64,000 nucleotides of DNA from Anthoceros angustus (lineage: Eukaryota; Plantae; Anthocerotophyta), in the NCBI GenBank assembly GCA_010909165.1, contig MU008173.1, positions 1 to 64,000 on the forward strand, read 5' to 3'. Within the stretch, counting starts at the first letter, position 1, and each line of letters opens with the position of its first letter. Below, piece after piece: positions 57,886 through 64,000 of this stretch. The translations under genes were made by a program, and so were the position numbers. Below the pieces are notes generated by a model that was given only the letters and a program-made list of their open reading frames with translations, ran no database searches and had not been told where the DNA came from.

Positions 57886-59697
57886 ATGTCGACGTCGGAC
57901 TCGGCCGGGGTGGAGGTCCGGGTGGTGATCGGGGTGGATTTCGGGACCACATTCTCGGGCTTCGCCTATGGTCACAGAGACGAGCCGGAGAAGGTATTCA
58001 CCTTCTACGAGTGGCCGGGGCAGCTGGGCAAATCCTACTGCAAAACGCCCACCAGCATCTTCTACTTCAACAACGGCACGGCGGACGCGCCGGAGTACGA
58101 GGCCACGCTCTGGGGATGGCCCGCGCCGCTGCACAACTTGAAGGAGAAGGAGATGAACCTGGCGCACGGCGCGCTGGTGACCCAGTTCAAGCTCCTCCTG
58201 GCCCCGGGGCCCGGCAAGCTCGGGAGGCTGCTCTCCAGATCCAGGGGATCCGGCTCCGGATCCAGGCGTGGCGGGAGGAATGAGGAGCCGGAGACGGCGG
58301 ACATCCTCCCGGGGGTCACGGCTGTGCGGGCCATCACAGACTACCTGGGCAGCATCTGCAGATTTGCGCTGGCGCACGTCCAGGCGATCTACGGGGAGGC
58401 CAACGTCACGGCGCAGCAGGTGCAGTGGTGCCTCACAGTGCCGGCAATCTGGGACGATGCGGCCAAGCAGGTGATGAGGAACTGCGCGCAGCGGGCCGGG
58501 ATCGTGACGGGCCCGCTCTGCCCCGCCCGGGAAGGGGGCAAGGCCAGCCCGCATCCCTTGCTCATCGTGCTCGAGTCCGAGGCCGCGTCGGTCTACTGCG
58601 CCACGAAGCGGCAGCTGCTGCTGGTGAGGGGAGATGAATTCTTGGTGGCGGATGTGGGAGGGGGGACGGTGGACATCGTGGTGCACACCAAGGACAGCGA
58701 GGAGGGGGAAGACCTGGTGCTGCGGGAGATGCGGCAGAGCAGCGGGGACTTGTGCGGGGGGACGTTTGTGGACACGAATTTCCTCAGGTTCGTGAGCGGC
58801 AGGATCCCTTGCTTCGATGATGTGGTGGCCACCAGTCCGGGTGTGAAGACGGTGATGTTGCGGAGGTGGGAGGAGGTGAAGGCGGTGTACGGAGGGGACG
58901 AGGATCTGGAGCCGCAGGGCCTGGAGATCCCGGCCAAGCTGCGGAGGGAGATGAGGAGGCGGAATCCGGGAGGGGAGTGCGACGAGCTGGAGATCTCGAG
59001 GGAGGACATGGCTGGGATCTTCGACCCCGTGATCGACCAGTGCATCGGGCTGATCCGGCAGCAGCTCACGGCGCGCACCAGGGTGCTGCTGCTGGTCGGA
59101 GGGTTCTCGGCGTCTCCGTATCTGAGGAACAAAGTGCGGGCAGCCTTCCAGGAGGAGCTGGGAGGGAGCATCGTCATGCCGCCTGATCCCGGCAGCGCCG
59201 TGTGCCAGGGCGCTGTCCTCTTCGGATTCTTCCCCCGGACTGTGGTTTCTAGGGTTTCCCGCAAGACTTACGGCATCCAGGAGCTGCTGCCGTTCGAGCC
59301 TGGTGATCCTGAGGATGCCGCTGTGAGCACGGCGGGAGGAAAGAGATGCGGTACTCGCTTCACCCCTTTCGCGCGGAAAGGGGAGCCCATCGGGATTCAT
59401 CAGTGCGTCCAGCACAGCCTGTACCCTCAGTTTAAAGGACAGAACAGCTTAGCTGTGCGGATTTACAGCTCCAGTGCCGCGCAAGTGCGCTACACCACTG
59501 ATCCTGGTGTGGAGATGGAAGGGGAATTCATCATCGATATCGCTGACGATGCGGAGGGCCTAGGCTTGGCTCGCCATATCGTAGTGTCCATGTTTTTTGG
59601 GCTGTCCTGCGTTGAAGTGAAGGCGCGGCGCATCAATTTCGGCGACCGGTCTGAGATCATCCCACTTCACGACACCATCGGGTTCGAGCACTCCTGA
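57886..59697 (+). CDS. Atypical Hsp70 (HSPA12-like) copy 2, intronless, 603 aa
   Basis: VVIGVDFGTTFSGFAY, WCLTVPAIW, LESEAAS, DVGGGTVD, CGGTFVD, LLVGGFSASPYL, AVCQGAVLFG, SRVSRKTYG. The ATG at 57886 is preferred over the GTG-started extension in the ORF track. Confidence 0.88.
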   Translation: MSTSDSAGVEVRVVIGVDFGTTFSGFAYGHRDEPEKVFTFYEWPGQLGKSYCKTPTSIFYFNNGTADAPEYEATLWGWPAPLHNLKEKEMNLAHGALVTQFKLLLAPGPGKLGRLLSRSRGSGSGSRRGGRNEEPETADILPGVTAVRAITDYLGSICRFALAHVQAIYGEANVTAQQVQWCLTVPAIWDDAAKQVMRNCAQRAGIVTGPLCPAREGGKASPHPLLIVLESEAASVYCATKRQLLLVRGDEFLVADVGGGTVDIVVHTKDSEEGEDLVLREMRQSSGDLCGGTFVDTNFLRFVSGRIPCFDDVVATSPGVKTVMLRRWEEVKAVYGGDEDLEPQGLEIPAKLRREMRRRNPGGECDELEISREDMAGIFDPVIDQCIGLIRQQLTARTRVLLLVGGFSASPYLRNKVRAAFQEELGGSIVMPPDPGSAVCQGAVLFGFFPRTVVSRVSRKTYGIQELLPFEPGDPEDAAVSTAGGKRCGTRFTPFARKGEPIGIHQCVQHSLYPQFKGQNSLAVRIYSSSAAQVRYTTDPGVEMEGEFIIDIADDAEGLGLARHIVVSMFFGLSCVEVKARRINFGDRSEIIPLHDTIGFEHS

Positions 59698-60220
59698 TGA
59701 CCCTCCCTTGGCCCAATCACACCCAACGTCTGGCTTCCATGTGTTTCGCAATTCGCATCACCATGCGGAAAACCTTCCTGTCCGGAACACTCTTTCTTAG
59801 TACTAGTAACAACTGGATGCGTGCATAGTGGAGAGGGGACTGATGACAGATGAGGAGGAGAGAGCACTGGTGAGCGGGCGTGCACCCCTGCCCGTTCTCT
59901 ATCTGTCATCTTCCTTCTGCAGGATTTGATGCGCAAGGATAGCGCAGGACAAACGGGCTCTGTGACTCTCTACAATGCATACAGATTGGGAAGCGACTTC
60001 GTTCCACGCGCGTCATTTCTCAGGACCTGCACGCTTGCTTCCTTCCTTCCTTGTACCGGCGTCAGACGAGAAAAGTTGCACATGCATCAATCAGATTAAA
60101 ATTTACTGTATGTACAGTATTAGGAAGGAGTATTAGGAAGGAGATGCCAGCGCGTGGGGCCACTGTGGGCTTGGAACTCAAGCCTCACGGACTACCATTT
60201 GACCATCCTGGTGCGCCAAA

Positions 60221-60366
60221 GGGCCATAGGGATTCAAAGATGTTTGGGTGAATTGAAGAGGCCTCGGACGAGCTTTGGCCCTCCGCTCGGACGAGCTTTG
60301 ACCGGAGGGCCATAGGGATTCAAAGATGCTTGGGTGAATTGAAGCGGCCTCGGACGAGCTTTGACC
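60221..60366 (+). repeat. About 86-bp tandem duplication
   Basis: GGGCCATAGGGATTCAAAGATG(T/C)TTGGGTGAATTGAAG(A/C)GGCCTCGGACGAGCTTTG at 60221 and 60307. Confidence 0.8.
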
Positions 60367-60409
60367 GGTGTCTATTTGCTTCACCGAAAGAGATCAAGCG
60401 ACTTCATCA

Positions 60410-61950
60410 AAGAAGATGAGAGTTTGTACCTTGACTCCGGTGCATCCCAGCATTTCAGTTATAACCTACCTTAGTTCTCAAGCTATGAGGTATTGCTAGA
60501 GGGGCATACAGTGGCACTTGGTGACAATAGGTCACATGACATGACATCAAGGGAAGAGGAGTGTTCCGAGTCCATTTTCCAGGAGAACAGTCTACAGGTA
60601 TTAAGGACGTGCATCATGTGCCTCATCTTGCGAGGAATCTTCTTTCTGTCGCAAAAATCGCCAATGCAGATCATGAGGTTGTGTTCAATTCCAAAAGAGT
60701 TCGGATCCAATCCGAGGAGCCTGAGTTATCGAATGCTAAAGTGGTTGCTAGGGGCGTCCGAATAGAAAATTTGTATAAGTTGTGTGCTTCCGTGGGAAGG
60801 CAAACTTGCACCTTTATGGACAGTTCGCAAAATAGCATTGGATCTATTGATTTATGGCATCAACGTCTGGGGCACATTGGTGTCAACAATATCAGGTTGA
60901 TGAAGAATCAACATATGGTCACAGGCTTGGATTTGAAAGAAGTGGGTGAGCCACAATTATGCCAAGGGTGCATAATGGAAAAGCTAAAGCGAACCAAGTT
61001 CCCAAAGATTGCAGCGCGACGAGCAAAGATGGTGATAGAGTTGGTACACACGGATGTGTGTGGTGCAATGAAAAATCCCACTCATGGCGGAGCCCGCTAC
61101 ATTCTGGTGTTCGTGGATGATTTCACCAGGAAGACCTGGACATATCTTATGAAGGAGAAATCCCAGGTATTTACACTCTTCAAGGAATGGAAAGCCATGG
61201 TGGAGAATGCAAGTGGACAACGTATGAAGACTTTGCGTAGTGACAACGGAGGTGAATACATCTCCGCTGACTTCCAACGCTTTTGCAAGGAGCATGGAAT
61301 TGGGAGGCAACTAACCATCCCTCACACACCGGAGCAAAATGGAGTGGCGGAGCGCAAACTTAAGAGTCTGGTGGAGGTAGCTAAATGCATGTTACATCAT
61401 AGTGGCTTGGAAGTACGTTTTTGGGGTGAGGCTGTTGTTACAACAACCTATGTTTTGAATCGAGTTCCAACCAAAGCTATTGTTGGAATGACCCCGGAGG
61501 AAGCGTGGTCTGGCGTCAAGCCCGACATAAGCCATTTGAGAATCTTTAGTTCAGTGGTTTATGCTCACGTTCCGAAGCAAACCCAAACAAAATGGGATCC
61601 AAAAGGCATGAAGTGCCTAATGCTTGGATACTCTACTGAGATTAAGGGCTACCGGTTGTCTAATCTTTCAAGGAAGAAGATCATGTTTAGCAGGGACGTA
61701 CGTTGTATTTAATGAGGTTGTGGAACCCATTAAAGGAGTGGGAGCTCCAATCCCAATGGTTATCATGAAGGATCCGACGACGTATGTTGACAACCCTGAT
61801 GAGGATTCTGAGTATGATGACACTCTTGAGCAACCTGCTCCTGAGCCCAACGAACCTTCTCAACAACGCGATATAGAGGGGGGAGAAAGGGAAATTCCCG
61901 ATGTCGTGGTTCGAGAAGTAGATGAAGATCAAAGCATTGTCGTAGTTGCT
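60410..61950 (+). mobile_element. Ty1/Copia internal fragment (protease, GAG-pre-integrase, integrase); RT/RNase H and LTRs not seen
   Basis: YLDSGASQH; VPHLARNLLSV; LWHQRLGH; CQGC; ELVHTDVCG; VFVDDFTRKTW; LRSDNGGEY; PEQNGVAERK; SRDV. Frameshifts at both ends. Confidence 0.9.
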
Positions 61951-63009
61951 CCCTCCCCGTGCCTGCACCCTCGCTCCCCGTCCCCGCGCCCTCCCTTCCC
62001 GTCTTCGCGCCCCCGCGCCCTCCCTGCCTTCCGCTTGACGAAGGCAGATCGCTCCTGCCTTCCGGAAGTCTTTAATTTGAAACACCCCGCGCTCAGTTCA
62101 TACTCTCGCGCACAGTTCTAAAATCAAGCATGGTTGGGTTGTGCCGTGCTGAGCAAAATACGGCAGTGACATCCTATACCATGATGAGAGAGAATCGTGG
62201 TGGGCGAGGCATGGCAGATTTTACACGCGCGAAGCATTGATTGCTTCGGAGATTCAGGCACATTTGCGGTACTTGGCTGCCCCCAAGGACGTATGTTGCG
62301 AATCCCACGCTTGTGCGCCTTATGGGATGCCCGACCCTACATCACCGCCCTATTCTGAAATGGCCTAAAAGCTAGGGTTGTTCAGCTTGTGCAGTCGAAG
62401 TATTTTAGGGCCCTCACCCAACCGAAGAATAGGACACGAAACACTCCCCGAACCGATGAAGCCGAGCTATGTACACCCCCTTGTAAGTCTACGCGCTCAA
62501 CAGAAGGTCATGCTCACTTGCTCACGTCATTTCCTTGCACACCACCGAAACATCCATCACTGATCCAACACTTGAAGCCACAAGCTCAGCTCCCCACGCT
62601 CTGCATCAACCCGGACGCGAAGTGCGTGCAGAAGGACTCTCCAAGCTACTCTGCTCTCCAAGCAACACAGCCACTTCAGTCACCTTCGGGCCAGCTTACA
62701 GAGAGCACGCGGTAGGGGGAGCAAGACATTTGCAAAGCACGAGATTGACGGATGTGGTCTTGAGTGTAGCGCGTACTGCAGACAGAGGTATTGCAACTCG
62801 GGGTTTCCGATTGTCGGCTTCGGGTAGTAGTGTGTCATGTGACTCCTGTGGTGGCGTATCACAAAAGCTTGGCAGCAAAGGACGCCACGTTAAACCAGTT
62901 CATGGTGTGGTGCATTCATCAAATCATAAGTTCTCGGTGAATGCTGAACATCTCCACAACCGCAAACATCCAGGGCGTTGATCTCCTACCAGGTGGTCTT
63001 CGCTGCGGC

Positions 63010-63262
63010 CACTAGGTTGAGGATTTGCACACCTATCTTTTGACCATGATCTTCCGAAGCCGAAAGCCTGGAACAACCATGAACCCAACTTTGAGCGGGG
63101 CCATGTCAGACTCCTCCTCCTCACCGTTATCCGCAATCCTTGCCATGTACCGCTCGTCAACACGGCACTAGGATCTTTGCTCTACGGGGAAAGGAGAGAG
63201 CCAACCTCTGCAATTGCCACAGAGCAATAGCTAGAAGCACAAACCTCCTCAAGGCCTCATGA
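63010..63262 (-). pseudogene. Decayed C-terminal fragment of a second GIL1/IRKI-GrpE-like gene
   Basis: HHEALRRFVLLAIALWQLQRLALSFPRRAKI-(frameshift)-DERYMARIADNGEEEESDMAPLKVGFMVVPGFRLRKIMVKR*V. Aligns with 55340-55580. Confidence 0.8.
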
Positions 63263-63266
63263 TGAG

Positions 63267-64000
63267 TCACAATTCGAGGGTGGAGGCCATTTCGACCGTC
63301 TCGTCAGTGTCACCGAAGTTGAGTCGTCGAGTCTGAACGCGGATGCACGACCTGCCGAAGAACATGGACGTGGTCCATTTGCGCGCCATACCTAGCATCT
63401 CGGGATCCTGCGAGATGTCCATTCTGTACTCGCCTTCCAGAACCACGCCGGGCTCGGTGACGTAGCGCACCATCAAGGCGTCTGTGCTGAAGATGCGAAA
63501 TCTTACACCGGTCTGGTCTGCACGACCGGGCCATCCGGGAAGCGAGAAGCATTCATCCACGCCAACGTGCTGTCCCTTGCGCACGAAGATGCTGAACCTG
63601 TGCATGCATCGCCAACCCAAGGAATCACCCCATGCCCGATGGCTGGAAGGATCCAGTTCCTCATCGAAGGCACGCATCACCTCCAGGCCGTAGGTTTTGC
63701 GGGACACTCTGGAGGTGACCAGGTCGGGGGAGAAACCGAAGAGGACAGCTCCTTGGCACACGGCGCTACCGGGATCTGGCGGCATCACGATCGCTTTGTC
63801 TCCTAGCCTGCCTGCCAATGCTGCCTTCACTCTGTCCCGCAGGTAAGGAGAGGCAGAGAAACCGCCTACCAGCAGCAGCTGCTTCAGGCGCGGGGTTATG
63901 GCCTCCCGAATGAGCTCTATGATCCTGTCCACCACAGGGTCGAAGATTTGCTTCATATCCGACACTGTGAGCTCGATCTCAGCGAAGTTCAGGTCCACGT
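63267..64000 (-). CDS. Atypical Hsp70 (HSPA12-like) copy 3, 3' part only (runs off the window)
   Basis: IFDPVVDRIIELI, LLLVGGFSASPYL, PPDPGSAVCQGAVLFG, SRVSRKTYG, SMFFGRSCIRVQTRRLNFGD...LEL*. Clear paralogue of copies 1 and 2. Confidence 0.86.
   Translation of the reverse strand, partial: VDLNFAEIELTVSDMKQIFDPVVDRIIELIREAITPRLKQLLLVGGFSASPYLRDRVKAALAGRLGDKAIVMPPDPGSAVCQGAVLFGFSPDLVTSRVSRKTYGLEVMRAFDEELDPSSHRAWGDSLGWRCMHRFSIFVRKGQHVGVDECFSLPGWPGRADQTGVRFRIFSTDALMVRYVTEPGVVLEGEYRMDISQDPEMLGMARKWTTSMFFGRSCIRVQTRRLNFGDTDETVEMASTLEL

Noticed and set aside
53111-59415. Long alternative-frame and antisense ORFs (53111-54094 +, 53438-54583 -, 53574-54494 -, 57742-59415 -)
   Set aside because: Shadow ORFs of GC-rich Hsp70-like coding sequence, with no recognisable motifs.
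62183-62370. ESWWARHG...CCES resembling a hAT dimerisation domain
   Set aside because: Spacing does not fit the hAT consensus and there is no other transposase sequence nearby.
53124-64000. Calling the Hsp70-like genes canonical heat-shock HSP70/DnaK/BiP
   Set aside because: They lack the DVLLLD linker, canonical peptide-binding domain, lid and EEVD/HDEL; the motifs are HSPA12-type.

Overview
Eukaryotic nuclear DNA from a land plant. Short GT-AG introns, compact GC-rich genes and the gene families present suggest a seed-free lineage such as a hornwort or lycophyte (inference). 1-11 kb is a nest of decayed transposons: a Gypsy integrase, an RTE/RTEX-like LINE joined to an RLE-type LINE, and a frameshifted bacterial-type N4/N6 DNA methyltransferase relic. 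11.7-26.3 kb holds MICU, a divergent AUX1/LAX permease and two DUF7086 paralogues, one of them nested antisense in the long LAX intron. 27-33 kb is repeat-rich intergenic DNA. 33.3-52 kb holds RPL27, NUP107, stearoyl-ACP desaturase, a second RLE-LINE fragment and a divergent E(z)/CLF-type SET gene followed by an inverted E(z) relic. 53-64 kb is the most striking part: three atypical HSPA12-like Hsp70 ORFs with no introns seen (the third runs off the window). They are interleaved with a GIL1/IRKI-family coiled-coil gene whose C-terminus reads like a GrpE head domain. That gene is head-to-head (319 bp) with one Hsp70 and tail-to-tail with another, and a second, decayed copy of it abuts the third Hsp70. 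I propose this as a candidate eukaryotic Hsp70/GrpE-like paired module. All family assignments come from motif recognition by eye; no database searches were run.
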